48,782 nucleotides of DNA from an uncultured Candidatus Saccharibacteria bacterium (GTDB taxonomy: Bacteria; Patescibacteriota; Minisyncoccia; Portnoybacterales; UBA2143): positions 224 to 49,005 of the forward strand of contig CAZQMX010000003.1 in the NCBI GenBank assembly GCA_964594965.1. Direction: 5' to 3'. Of this stretch, positions 1 to 8,843 are shown piece after piece; position 1 is the stretch's first letter; every line of letters begins with the position of its first letter. Both the position numbers and the translations under genes were made by a program. Under the pieces are notes generated by a model. The model worked only from the letters and a program-made list of their open reading frames with translations, did no database searches and was not told the origin of the DNA.

Positions 1-1
1 A

Positions 2-361
2 TACAGCGCTGATTCTGGCTGGGTCAATGGTTCGTCTTTTACAACCGAAACCCATCGCTATCCGACAATTAGTTTCTCTTGGGATCCAACTGAGCCCAAC
101 CAAGACGAAGATGTTGATTTTACCGATGAATCAACGGTCTATGGCGGAGCAACCAAATCAAGCTGGGCTTGGACTTTTGAAGATGGTAACCCATCCAGTT
201 CTACCGACCAGAATCCAACTATTCAGTTTACCAATGGCGGCCAGAAAGATGTTGTTTTAAGCGTAACTGATTCAAGTGGATTCACCTGTGATAATTCAGC
301 TAGCCCCGAAGTTATTGATATTGAGTTTCCTATTCCGGACTGGAGAGAGGTTTTACCCTAA
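2..361 (+). CDS. C-terminal fragment of a PKD-domain surface protein (5' end lies outside the window)
   Basis: Frame 2 is open from the window edge to TAA 359-361. Translation ...FTDESTVYGGATKSSWAWTFEDGNPSSSTDQNPTIQFTNGGQKDVVLSVTDSSGF... has the PKD-domain pattern. It is absent from the ORF track because it has no Met. A terminator hairpin follows. Confidence 0.7.
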   Translation, partial: YSADSGWVNGSSFTTETHRYPTISFSWDPTEPNQDEDVDFTDESTVYGGATKSSWAWTFEDGNPSSSTDQNPTIQFTNGGQKDVVLSVTDSSGFTCDNSASPEVIDIEFPIPDWREVLP

Positions 362-389
362 TTAATTAAACCAGATTGAGATATTCACA

Positions 390-415
390 AACGCTTCATT
401 GGAAGCGTTTTTTGT
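390..415 (+). terminator. Rho-independent terminator
   Basis: Stem aacgcttc / gaagcgtt, loop attg, followed by a T-run. Confidence 0.7.
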
Positions 416-433
416 TTGTGATATAATAGGGTA

Positions 434-2320
434 ATGGTTAATTTTCTAAGAAAAAGAAAACAAGCCGGTTTTAGTTTAACCGAGCTTTTAGTCGTGATGT
501 TTATTATCGGCCTGCTTTCTTCTCTTGTCCTGATTAATTACCGGAGCAATCAGAATAAGCATGCTCTTTCCCAGTCTACCCAGAAACTGGTTTCTGACAT
601 CAAAAAGGCGCAGAATATGGCTCTGAGCGGGACAGATATTGTCGGGAACTATTACGGTTACGGCGTTTATCTGGTTGATAACGCCACTTCTTATTTAATC
701 TACGGCGATATTAATAATAATTCGAGTTACCAGGTCGGCGATACGATTATTGAGACAATTAATTTAAACGAGAAAATTAGGATTAAAGAAACCGCTCCTT
801 TATCAACTGAAATCGATATCTTTTTCAGGCCGCCCAATCCAATCACCTATATTGATGGCAGTAATTTGGCTGGTAAAAATGCTACTGTTACCCTTGAAAT
901 TATTGATACTTCGAATACTAAGATAGTCACTATTAGTACGGCCGGGGTTGTCCAGGTCGGCTCTCTGCCTTCAATTCCCAATATCCCGCCGGTAGCAGAT
1001 ATTGATGCTGATCCTTTGAGCGGCGATGTGCCCTTAGAAGTTGATTTTGACGCTTCGGGTTCATATGATTTGGATGGAGAAATTGTCAGTTACGAGTGGG
1101 ATTTTGGCGACGGTGATGATGATACCGGCGAGACGACCAATCATACCTATGATGAAGCCGGTGATTATCTGGTCACTTTAGTTGTGACGGATGATAACAG
1201 TGACACAGATAATGATACGGTTAGTATAAGTGTTTCCGAGAGTAACTATTTCGGTGATGGCTTAGACGGAGATGTTACTATTAGTGCTAATACTTCTCTG
1301 GAAGTTCAGAATAAGGATGGTTCCTATGATGGCGATATGGTCGTTATGAATTACAATAATCTGACTATTGATGCTGGAGTGACTTTAACCACTGATCAGC
1401 CTGGCCGAGGTCTTTTAATCTATGTCAGAGAGAATGCTACGATTAACGGAACTCTTTCCATGACAGCCAAGGGTGGTTATTCAGACCCAACAACCGGAAA
1501 GGGCGCGGGCAATTCGCCGTCTGACGATTCGGCAGTCTCGGTTACAGGATTAAGATACCCGGCCTTCGTCTCCGGAGAAACAGATACTTTGTCTTCAGCT
1601 GATTTTGCCGGAACAGGCAATGCTTCAGTGGCGGCAGTTTCCAGTCAGCCTGGTATTAGCGGCGATGGCAAGATATTTACCGTTCAAAGAGAAGGGGCTG
1701 CTGGTGGCAATGGTGGCGATGCTCCTAATCCGCCTACCGAGCAATATGGCCAGACAGGGTATAACGGTAGCGCTGGTCAGTCTGGCGGTGGCGCTGGGGG
1801 TAATGCTCGGACTAATCCGCCCGCTGGAGCGGCTTCTGGCGGAGATGGTACTGCCGGAACATGTTTTTCCGGCGGTTCGGGAGGCGGCGGAGCTGCCAGA
1901 GATAGCGGTGGTGGCACGGTTTCAGCCGGATCATCCTCTGTTTATGGAGGGCGAGGTGGAAACGGCGCAGGATTTAATTGTAGTTATCAGGGTTGTGGCG
2001 GAGTTGGTAATCCAGGAGGTTCTAATGGTGGTTGTAGTGGTAGCGCTCCCAGTGGCACCGGAGGACTCTTGATACTGATTGTCGGCGGAGATTTGAGCGG
2101 TACAGGCAATATTCATGCAAAGGGTACGGCAGGAGCCTATGTTAACTGGAACTGGGTTATGGGAGCCGGTGGTGGTTCAGGCGGCGGCAATATCATTATT
2201 CTTTACGGCGGAACCAACAGCCAAAGTTGGGATATTAGCGCCGATGGTGTTGCTAATAGCGGTACTTCGCAAAGAGGTGGTCATGGTTCTGTCCAGGGTC
2301 CAACGCAAATCAATCCTTAA
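434..2320 (+). CDS. Large type IV pilin-like protein: prepilin N-terminal methylation domain + PKD domain + Gly/Asn/Ser-rich C-terminal region
   Basis: N-terminus KQAG|FSLTELLVVMFIIGLL is a class III signal with Glu at +5. PKD block: DVPLEVDFDASGSYDLDGEIVSYEWDFGDG...YLVTLVVTDDNSDT. The last ~340 aa are Gly-rich (GGNGG, GGGAGG, GGSGGGG). Confidence 0.8.
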   Translation: MVNFLRKRKQAGFSLTELLVVMFIIGLLSSLVLINYRSNQNKHALSQSTQKLVSDIKKAQNMALSGTDIVGNYYGYGVYLVDNATSYLIYGDINNNSSYQVGDTIIETINLNEKIRIKETAPLSTEIDIFFRPPNPITYIDGSNLAGKNATVTLEIIDTSNTKIVTISTAGVVQVGSLPSIPNIPPVADIDADPLSGDVPLEVDFDASGSYDLDGEIVSYEWDFGDGDDDTGETTNHTYDEAGDYLVTLVVTDDNSDTDNDTVSISVSESNYFGDGLDGDVTISANTSLEVQNKDGSYDGDMVVMNYNNLTIDAGVTLTTDQPGRGLLIYVRENATINGTLSMTAKGGYSDPTTGKGAGNSPSDDSAVSVTGLRYPAFVSGETDTLSSADFAGTGNASVAAVSSQPGISGDGKIFTVQREGAAGGNGGDAPNPPTEQYGQTGYNGSAGQSGGGAGGNARTNPPAGAASGGDGTAGTCFSGGSGGGGAARDSGGGTVSAGSSSVYGGRGGNGAGFNCSYQGCGGVGNPGGSNGGCSGSAPSGTGGLLILIVGGDLSGTGNIHAKGTAGAYVNWNWVMGAGGGSGGGNIIILYGGTNSQSWDISADGVANSGTSQRGGHGSVQGPTQINP

Positions 2321-2332
2321 TTAAGTATATAA

Positions 2333-2806
2333 ATGAAAAAAAACGAAAACGGATTTAGTTTTATTGGAGTGATTATAGCCCTGACAATTACTTCGGTTTC
2401 TATCGTTGCTATTTTAGCTTTGATTAACACTTCTTTAAAAGCTGGCAATAAAGGGAAAATGAGTTTAATGGCGGCTGGCTTGGCCCAGGAAGGAATAGAA
2501 CTAATCAGAGATATGAGAAAATCAGAAGCTGACTGGGATGATTGGTATAGTTCGGTTTCAAGCGGTGACTACCTGGTTCAGCATGACAACGGCTCACTTT
2601 TATCTTTTTCCGAGACACCTTTGAAACTAGACAGCAATACCGGACTTTATCAATACGATAACGGTACCAATTCTTCCTTTTACCGCAAAGTGACTTTAAC
2701 CAAGGTTTCAGCCAATGAAATCAAGGTTCTTATTGAAGTTAAATGGTTGTTTCAGGAAAGTTGGCAATATTTAACTGCTGAAAATAGGCTATGGAATTGG
2801 AAATGA
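2333..2806 (+). CDS. Minor pilin / pseudopilin-like protein
   Basis: N-terminus NG|FSFIGVIIALTITSVSIVAIL is a prepilin-like hydrophobic helix that lacks Glu at +5. It sits in the pilin operon. Confidence 0.6.
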   Translation: MKKNENGFSFIGVIIALTITSVSIVAILALINTSLKAGNKGKMSLMAAGLAQEGIELIRDMRKSEADWDDWYSSVSSGDYLVQHDNGSLLSFSETPLKLDSNTGLYQYDNGTNSSFYRKVTLTKVSANEIKVLIEVKWLFQESWQYLTAENRLWNWK

Positions 2807-2824
2807 CCATTTTGTAACAAAATG

Positions 2825-2851
2825 GTCATCCTGAGTGAAATCGAAGGATCT
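2825..2851 (+). repeat. Copy of the short palindromic element GTCATCCTGAG..CGAAGGATCT (family B)
   Basis: gtcatcctgagtgaaatcgaaggatct has an internal ATCCT/AGGAT stem. Related copies are at 26887-26910 (inverted) and 40584-40643. A perfect 9-bp hairpin (2805-2827, gaccatttt/aaaatggtc) immediately precedes it and overlaps the stop codon. Confidence 0.7.
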
Positions 2852-2858
2852 AAAATAA

Positions 2859-3350
2859 ATGAAATTAAAAAACAAAAAAGAAAGAGGAGTCGGCCTGGTT
2901 GAAATGCTGGTTGCTATGGTTGTTTTTGGCTTGATTATGATAACTTTAGGCAATGTCGTTTTTTCTGTTGTTAAGGCCCAGCGGAGGACTTTTGCTTATC
3001 AAAATACCCAGGAAACGAGCCGGTTTCTTTTGGAAATGATGGCCAAAGAAATTAGGACCAGCATTATTAACACCAGCGAGGGAAGCGGTCTGACTGTTTT
3101 AAACATTACCAATGCTGATAGCGAAACCCTTGATTACCAGTTTGATAATACCAACAAACGGCTTTTAAGGGATTACCGGGTTGTCAGTTCGGATGATATT
3201 GAGTTGACCGGATATTTTTATGTTCAGGAATATGCTTCTCCGGCCAGAAAAGTAGTTACGATTACGATGAAAATAGAGGCAACCGGAAATAAGTCGGAAG
3301 AGGTGACAATAATTAATTTACAAAATACTGTTGCTCCCCGGAGTTATTAA
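2859..3350 (+). CDS. Pseudopilin (PulJ/GspJ-like prepilin N-terminal domain protein)
   Basis: N-terminus RG|VGLVEMLVAMVVFGLIMI has Glu at +5. Confidence 0.65.
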   Translation: MKLKNKKERGVGLVEMLVAMVVFGLIMITLGNVVFSVVKAQRRTFAYQNTQETSRFLLEMMAKEIRTSIINTSEGSGLTVLNITNADSETLDYQFDNTNKRLLRDYRVVSSDDIELTGYFYVQEYASPARKVVTITMKIEATGNKSEEVTIINLQNTVAPRSY

Positions 3351-3353
3351 AAA

Positions 3354-3689
3354 ATGACACAAAAAGGCGCCGCCACAATTGTTTTAACCATCGTGATTCT
3401 AAATACAGTTTTTCTCATTAGTTTGGGAATTAGCGCTTTAATGATTTCCCAAATTAAGACCACTCGCCAGGCAGGTACTTCGGTTGTTGCTTTTTACGCA
3501 GCTGACGCCGGGGCGGAAAAGTGCCTTTACGAAGTTAGGAAAAACGGAGCCAGTAGCTGTCCTTACACTGACGTTTCTCTTGATTTTAATTCAAATGCCA
3601 CCTATACTACTTCCTATGATGATTCTCATACGATTACCTCGGTAGGCGAATTTGGAGGCGCCAGCCGGAAAATAGAGGTAACCTGGTAA
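3354..3689 (+). CDS. PilX-N-like minor pilin
   Basis: N-terminus KGAATIVLTIVILNTVFLISLGISALMIS, small size, 3-nt spacing from the upstream pilin gene. Confidence 0.5.
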   Translation: MTQKGAATIVLTIVILNTVFLISLGISALMISQIKTTRQAGTSVVAFYAADAGAEKCLYEVRKNGASSCPYTDVSLDFNSNATYTTSYDDSHTITSVGEFGGASRKIEVTW

Positions 3690-3729
3690 ATATTGACATT
3701 TATCGTTTAAGCAGCCATAATCAAACCCT

Positions 3730-4476
3730 ATGTTTAAATTAAAAGGTAAGGTTACGAACATTCTCCTAATTCTGGTAATTGGCGGTCTGGGAGGCCTTTT
3801 GGCTGATAATCTTCTTTTGCCTTATCTGGCAACTGTTCCGCCTTTTTCAAAAATTGAATTTTTCCGCCATGCCGGCAATGGAACAACCATTATTAATCCG
3901 ACCGAGAAAATTATTATCACTGAAAATACTGCTCTAGAAGAAGCGATTGATAAAATTAATCCCTGCCTGGTCACGGTTCAATCTTATCAGAACAAAATTT
4001 TAATTAACCAAGGTACCGGCTTTATTATCACCAGCGACGGCTTAATTATTACCGCCGCTGATTTAATTTCTTCCAGAACAGACAATTACTGGATTATTAA
4101 AGGCGGAGACTATTTATCTGCCCAGATGATTAAAAGGGATTTGGAGAATAACCTGGCTCTTCTTAGAATAGAACAGGATAATTTGCCGGTAGTTTCATTG
4201 GTTGAACCAGAAGACCTTCGTCTTGGACAAAGGGTTGTCCTGGCCGGAGTTAAATTGGGAAAAGATGAACTAGACCATTTTATTAGCTTGGGAACAATCA
4301 GGAGCATTAGTAATTCGACCTTGAAACTGAACTTAATTGAAGAAGAAACCTTGGCTAATGGCGGCCCTTTAATTAATATTAAGGGAGAAGTTATTGGTCT
4401 TAATCTGATTGGTTCAAGGGGTTTAACCGAAACAATTCCATCCAGCATCATCAAGGATTTTATTAATATTAATTAA
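3730..4476 (+). CDS. Membrane-anchored trypsin-fold (HtrA/S1C-like) protein, apparently catalytically inactive
   Basis: N-terminal TM helix. S1C-like blocks are GTGFIITSDGLIITAADLI, NNLALLRIE and ANGGPLINIKGEVIGLN. The His/Asp/Ser positions read D/N/N by eye alignment. No PDZ domain. Confidence 0.6.
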   Translation: MFKLKGKVTNILLILVIGGLGGLLADNLLLPYLATVPPFSKIEFFRHAGNGTTIINPTEKIIITENTALEEAIDKINPCLVTVQSYQNKILINQGTGFIITSDGLIITAADLISSRTDNYWIIKGGDYLSAQMIKRDLENNLALLRIEQDNLPVVSLVEPEDLRLGQRVVLAGVKLGKDELDHFISLGTIRSISNSTLKLNLIEEETLANGGPLINIKGEVIGLNLIGSRGLTETIPSSIIKDFININ

Positions 4477-4507
4477 TAGTTTTTTAAGTGAATAGTTTGA
4501 CCGAGGA

Positions 4508-4527
4508 GGGCCGAATTCGGCCCTTTA
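4508..4527 (+). terminator. Terminator-like hairpin
   Basis: gggccg aatt cggccc followed by ttta. Confidence 0.5.
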
Positions 4528-4576
4528 TATATATTAGGTTCTTTTAAAAATTTAATCGTGGGAGGAGGTGAGAGAG

Positions 4577-5194
4577 ATGAGAAGAGTTATTATCCAGAAT
4601 ATTCCTAATTCTATAACCGTTATAGGGGGAATAGCGGCTATAGGCCTTAATATTCTTTTGTGGTTTAAGATTTGTCCGTCCAGTAACCCCAATATTTTCT
4701 ACTTAGTCCTTTTTGTTTGGTCAACTGACCTGGTTGACGGATTTGCTGCCTGTATTCTCAATGCTAAATCCCGCCTAGGCGCCTTTCTTGATGCAGTAAA
4801 GGATAAGTTCTTTGATATAACAATGTTTGCCTTTGTTTTCAAAGAACTTTGGGTTCAGGGGATAAACGAAATCCGTCCCTTGATTATTCTAATCCTGATT
4901 GGTGAAGGTATCTTGATAGGGATTAATCTTTTCAGCCGCCATAAAAAGGTTAATATTTCAGTTCATCCAACCGGCAAATTAAAAGCAACTTTTTATTTCA
5001 CCAGTATTGGATCATGGTTTTATGCCCAGTCGCATGAAATCCTTAACCTCTATTTCATTAAGATCCCGACCACTGATTTCCCCAGAATTATATTTTTCAT
5101 GCTTATCCTTGGACTAATTTTTGCAATTTTAAGCATTTGGGTCTACATCCGGTGCTATCGGCTCAAAAAAGAGCGAGAGGGGGAATTAAAATAA
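4577..5194 (+). CDS. CDP-alcohol phosphatidyltransferase family protein
   Basis: Motif DLVDGFAACILNAKSRLGAFLDAVKDKFFD matches D-G-x2-A-(R)-x8-G-x3-D-x3-D, with Cys in place of Arg. Multi-TM protein. GGAGGAGG lies 8 nt before ATG 4577; the track starts the ORF at GTG 4568. Confidence 0.7.
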   Translation: MRRVIIQNIPNSITVIGGIAAIGLNILLWFKICPSSNPNIFYLVLFVWSTDLVDGFAACILNAKSRLGAFLDAVKDKFFDITMFAFVFKELWVQGINEIRPLIILILIGEGILIGINLFSRHKKVNISVHPTGKLKATFYFTSIGSWFYAQSHEILNLYFIKIPTTDFPRIIFFMLILGLIFAILSIWVYIRCYRLKKEREGELK

Positions 5195-5240
5195 ACTACC
5201 GGTATCAATGATTACGATGCCGGTAGTTTCGCTTTTCCCC

Positions 5241-5269
5241 TTGACAAATTCATCTCCCAGCGCTATACA
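5241..5269 (+). promoter_or_regulatory. Sigma70-type promoter
   Basis: TTGACA (5241-5246), 17-nt spacer, TATACA (5264-5269). Confidence 0.55.
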
Positions 5270-5327
5270 AAACAAAAGAGGGAAGTACCATAAAATTCTA
5301 ATAATACAGACAAAGGAGGGCGTGGAA

Positions 5328-5855
5328 ATGAAAAAGGCAATGAGTATCTTAGTTGCTCTGTCTATGACAATGGCAATCGTTTCTGTTGCCTGGAGCGAAG
5401 GTGATGAGTTCATCAATCTAACGCAAATCATCGACCTGCTGGAAAAATGGAAAAAAATCGGTAATTTTTCCTATCCAAAACCGGAGGCTCCGCTGTTCAG
5501 TGTTCTCAAGCGCCAGAACCCGGAAAACAAAATGGAAAAAGCTTTTGTGGTATATGTTTTCCACAGTCCTAATTGGGATTTCTATATTCATTCATTTCAC
5601 AGGGTCTACTACAAGGAAAAGGGGAAATCTTTTCTGGAAAGCTATTATCCGTCTGATTCCCCAGTGATTTTTTCCAAGTTTCATTTCTACGAAAACCGTA
5701 AAGATAAAAATTGCGGCAAATGTCACAATGTTCCAATTGGGCCGGATTCCCCATCCGACGAGGAGCCAGAATCAGAAAGTCCTATTACGCCCGTTTCCAA
5801 GCCGCCACCCGGACAGGCTCTAAGTATGGCCTGTTTTAGTTCACATTTCAAATAG
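5328..5855 (+). CDS. Secreted hypothetical protein with one CxxCH motif
   Basis: AAGGAGGG lies 7 nt before ATG 5328. Signal peptide MKKAMSILVALSMTMAIVSVAWS. Contains NCGKCHN. The track's 5208 start lies upstream of the promoter. Confidence 0.55.
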   Translation: MKKAMSILVALSMTMAIVSVAWSEGDEFINLTQIIDLLEKWKKIGNFSYPKPEAPLFSVLKRQNPENKMEKAFVVYVFHSPNWDFYIHSFHRVYYKEKGKSFLESYYPSDSPVIFSKFHFYENRKDKNCGKCHNVPIGPDSPSDEEPESESPITPVSKPPPGQALSMACFSSHFK

Positions 5856-5974
5856 TTTTTTACAACGGAGGCAATAATGGAGGTTATACTGAATCTGAAC
5901 CGCGGGGCTAGTTACAGACGAGCCCTTTTTGGTTGGAATAAAAAAACCCGTTCAATCATTGGTCAATCAAACCC

Positions 5975-6002
5975 TTGACAAAAATTCTCCATTTGCTATA
6001 CT
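5975..6002 (+). promoter_or_regulatory. Sigma70-type promoter of the T-box leader
   Basis: TTGACA (5975-5980), 16-nt spacer, TATACT (5997-6002). Confidence 0.6.
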
Positions 6003-6009
6003 TGTATTA

Positions 6010-6311
6010 ACTTTGAAAATTACAAAACCTATAACTAGATCCCGAGATACTCGGGGTTGGGTCTAGTTTATTCATATCGTTATGAAAGGGTGGTTCTTGC
6101 GTCAGTGAGAGCCCGGCTTCCTCCGTAATCATAGGATAACTGATGTCGTCCCGCCAAGGCGGGAGACTGAGTCGGTAAGTGGTTTTGAATCCGTTTTACT
6201 GACGGATTTTTCCGTTTATATGGGTTCAAAACAAAAAAGGTGGTACCACGGGAAGACCTCTCGTCCTTTTGTCCAAGCTTTGCTTAGACCAAAAGATGAG
6301 AGGTTTTTTTT
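6010..6311 (+). promoter_or_regulatory. T-box riboswitch leader (tRNA-sensing transcription attenuator)
   Basis: AAGGUGGUACCACGG (6237-6251) matches the T-box motif. An antiterminator can be drawn: A1 6235-6240/6265-6270, bulge UGGUACC 6241-6247, A2 6248-6252/6260-6264. A competing long terminator pairs 6255-6278 with 6282-6305 and is followed by U8. Stem I and the specifier codon were not resolved by eye. Confidence 0.7.
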
Positions 6312-6376
6312 ATTAATCTCTTAATAGTTCCTTAACCTAGGACAAAATAAATGATTTCCAGAAAGGAGGATTTGCC

Positions 6377-8839
6377 ATGGTAATAGAGTTGGCAGTCGCA
6401 CAAGACCGCGAACAAGTTGGTGGAAAAGCAAAACGATTATCTTCTTTGATTGGAGCAGGACTTCTGGTGAAAAAAGGAGTGGTTATAACTACCAGTGAGA
6501 TAGAAAACATCCTTGCCACTGGCCGAGTATCGCAAAAGATGCTCGACAAGACTGGTGAGATATTGAAATTTCTAGTAGCCGTTCGGAGTTCTGCCGTCGG
6601 CGAAGACGGCGCGCTAACTTGGGCTGGCCAGTTCAAAACACGCCTCTCGGTATCCTTTGATGCCATAGAAGAAGCAATTCTAGAGTGTGCCAGCGCGGTA
6701 AGCAGCGATGCAGTTAGTGCGTATGCCCAATCGCACGGAGTCGCACGGCCAAAACTTGCTCTTATAATACAAGAGATGGTGAATGCCGAGGTTGCCGGGG
6801 TGCTCTTTACGAAACATCCCATTAACGGTCATGCCGTGGTTATCGAAGCCATTGAAGGCGTAGGAGAATTTCTTGTCTCTGGTCAACGAGAACCGTGCAG
6901 ATTGTATGTAAATCCCGTTTCTCGTGAGGTTGTGAAGGCTGAGGGGGCGAGTATTCCGGTTCTCGGACAGGCCCAGATTGATGAGTTGTGTCGACTTGGC
7001 AAACTCGCCAAAAAAATCTTCGGTAAAGACCAAGATATAGAGTGGGCCATAGAGCGCAACACAGGAACGATATTCCTGCTTCAAAGTAGGGATATTACAA
7101 CACTTAACAGAAAGGGGGAGCAGATGAACATAATCGGTACCGTAAGAAACGTGTTGGATTACGAGACTAGTAGGTTACGACATCTCGGTGTCAATGTCAC
7201 GAAAGATGTGCTAAGCGACCAGAATATTGCGGAATTATTAACGCCACATCCATGTCAAATGGCATTCGGGCTGTTTACATATCTCTTTGCGCATGGCGAA
7301 GGTGCAATTCGTATTGCCCGCAATGAGATGTCGTACGACATCGGTTCTGAGCTTGATATTGGTTTCTTCCATCTGGTCGGTGGACAACCTCGGTGCAGTA
7401 TCGTTCATGATGCGCTAACGTACCGTGTCCGAGGAGTTCCACTTCCAGATTACGCTCAAATGATCCAGTATTATCTCGATCGCATAGAGCAAGATTCGAC
7501 TCTTGCGAACTACCCAGAAGTGGTTCTCTACGACCAGAACCCGTCCGAGAAATTCCTTGTGAGGTTATTTGGTAAGCGCAAAGCTCGACAGTACCGTCAA
7601 GCCTACAATCAATTCTTTGGGAAATTTCGAGAGATTGAAACGACACTCTGGTCTTCGTGCCGCCGCGATTTTCTCAGGAGTTGGCGAGCACGAACCCAAA
7701 GGCAGAGCAAGATAAGCTTTCTGAAAATCCCAGATCTTTGTAAACGGTATGGGGTTGTCGCGAATCTTCTTCGTACCGAGGCTTGCTGCATGTTTGTAAA
7801 GGTGGCGCGGCTTGGTTTTTTTGCCTACGCTCACCTTCGTAATTTGCTCGACGATCTTTTCGGACAAGAAGAGGGAAGACGATACTTAGATATCCTGACG
7901 AGCGGAATTCCTCTTGCCGACAATCCAAATCTTAGATTTAGCGTCGAGTTGGCAAAGATAAGAAACGGCGAGACGTCTGAACAAAAAGTTATCGAAGAAT
8001 TTGGACATCTTGCCATGCATGAGCTGGAAATCTCGGTCCCGCGGTACAGAGAGAACCCAGAAATAATTCGCGTTTTGGCACAACGCATAGCTGATAATCC
8101 ACAACAAGCGATGGAAGAAAGCGTGATGCGAAGCCGCCAACTCAAGGCTGAGCTACTCGCAAAGGCGGGAGCACAAAGTGAAACGTTAGATTATGCAATC
8201 CGTATGGCTCGGGAGTATCTGCCCTTGCGCGAACTCGTAAAATTTGAGTATCTGCGAGGATATGATCTCTTGAGACAGATTGCGCTTCGCATCGAGCGCT
8301 TGCTTAAGTGGGAAGAGGGTTCTGTCTTTCACCTGGATCCGCAGGAAATCTTCGCGTCTAATCAGGATCTTCGCGGTTTTGCTGAGATTGTCGCAAGGCG
8401 CGTCGAAGAACACGAAGCAAACCAAAATCTAATGATTCCGTCCGTCATCTTTTCGGACCACCTAGAGGAAATGGGCCAAGCTCATAGAGTAGAAAACGGA
8501 AAGGTGTTTCGTGGTATTGGAGTTACAGATGTAATTACGGAAGGTAAGGTGGTTGTCGTGCATTCGTCAGATGACAGAGGGGCGATCGCGCGATTATGCG
8601 CAGGGTCAATTCTTGTTACGGTTACAACCGATCCTGCATGGAGTCCAATGCTCTCCGTAGTGGGAGCAACAGGAGGACTGGTCACTGAAGTGGGGGGACT
8701 CCTTGCACATGGAGCAATCTATGCGCGTGAGATCGGCATGGCGGCGGTGCTAAACATCCCCGGTATTACAAAAGTTCTCCGTACCGGGATACGCGTCCGT
8801 GTCAATGGACGCGAGGGAAATGTCGAGATACTCGACTAA
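6377..8839 (+). CDS. PEP-utilizing enzyme with rifampin-phosphotransferase-like architecture (N-terminal ATP-grasp/PPDK_N, helical middle, C-terminal swivel phosphohistidine domain)
   Basis: Blocks GGKAKRLSSL, VAVRSSAVGEDGALTWAGQF and DIEWAIERNTGTIFLLQSRDIT. C-terminus TTDPAWSPML...GGLLAHGAIYAREIGMAAV. No C-terminal TIM-barrel domain. AAAGGAGGA RBS. Visibly higher GC than its neighbours. Confidence 0.8.
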   Translation: MVIELAVAQDREQVGGKAKRLSSLIGAGLLVKKGVVITTSEIENILATGRVSQKMLDKTGEILKFLVAVRSSAVGEDGALTWAGQFKTRLSVSFDAIEEAILECASAVSSDAVSAYAQSHGVARPKLALIIQEMVNAEVAGVLFTKHPINGHAVVIEAIEGVGEFLVSGQREPCRLYVNPVSREVVKAEGASIPVLGQAQIDELCRLGKLAKKIFGKDQDIEWAIERNTGTIFLLQSRDITTLNRKGEQMNIIGTVRNVLDYETSRLRHLGVNVTKDVLSDQNIAELLTPHPCQMAFGLFTYLFAHGEGAIRIARNEMSYDIGSELDIGFFHLVGGQPRCSIVHDALTYRVRGVPLPDYAQMIQYYLDRIEQDSTLANYPEVVLYDQNPSEKFLVRLFGKRKARQYRQAYNQFFGKFREIETTLWSSCRRDFLRSWRARTQRQSKISFLKIPDLCKRYGVVANLLRTEACCMFVKVARLGFFAYAHLRNLLDDLFGQEEGRRYLDILTSGIPLADNPNLRFSVELAKIRNGETSEQKVIEEFGHLAMHELEISVPRYRENPEIIRVLAQRIADNPQQAMEESVMRSRQLKAELLAKAGAQSETLDYAIRMAREYLPLRELVKFEYLRGYDLLRQIALRIERLLKWEEGSVFHLDPQEIFASNQDLRGFAEIVARRVEEHEANQNLMIPSVIFSDHLEEMGQAHRVENGKVFRGIGVTDVITEGKVVVVHSSDDRGAIARLCAGSILVTVTTDPAWSPMLSVVGATGGLVTEVGGLLAHGAIYAREIGMAAVLNIPGITKVLRTGIRVRVNGREGNVEILD

Positions 8840-8843
8840 ACCA

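Noticed and set aside
27-260. Track ORF of 77 aa at the window start
   Set aside because: It is in a different frame from the open frame 2, which encodes a clear PKD domain up to TAA 359-361. It has no recognisable features.
1605-2324. Overlapping ORFs 1605-2072 (+), 1931-2116 (-) and 2115-2324 (+)
   Set aside because: They lie inside the GC-rich, Gly-rich part of the 628-aa pilin gene. They are alternative-frame artefacts of repetitive GGN codons.
5208-5327. Longer N-terminal extension of the secreted protein (track start 5208)
   Set aside because: The TTGACA/TATACA promoter lies inside the extension. A strong SD and a signal peptide begin at ATG 5328.
6033-6068. Hairpin aactaga...tctagtt at the 5' end of the leader, considered as T-box Stem I
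   Set aside because: It lacks the K-turn, AG bulge and specifier-loop features. It is left unassigned, and Stem I needs a covariance-model alignment.
6337-8685. Series of minus-strand ORFs (6337-6822, 6680-7084, 7275-7646, 7565-7867, 7609-7791, 7674-7928, 7831-8145, 7886-8140, 8186-8425, 8482-8685)
   Set aside because: All are antisense to the well-supported PEP-utilizing enzyme gene. Their abundance only reflects the higher GC of this segment.
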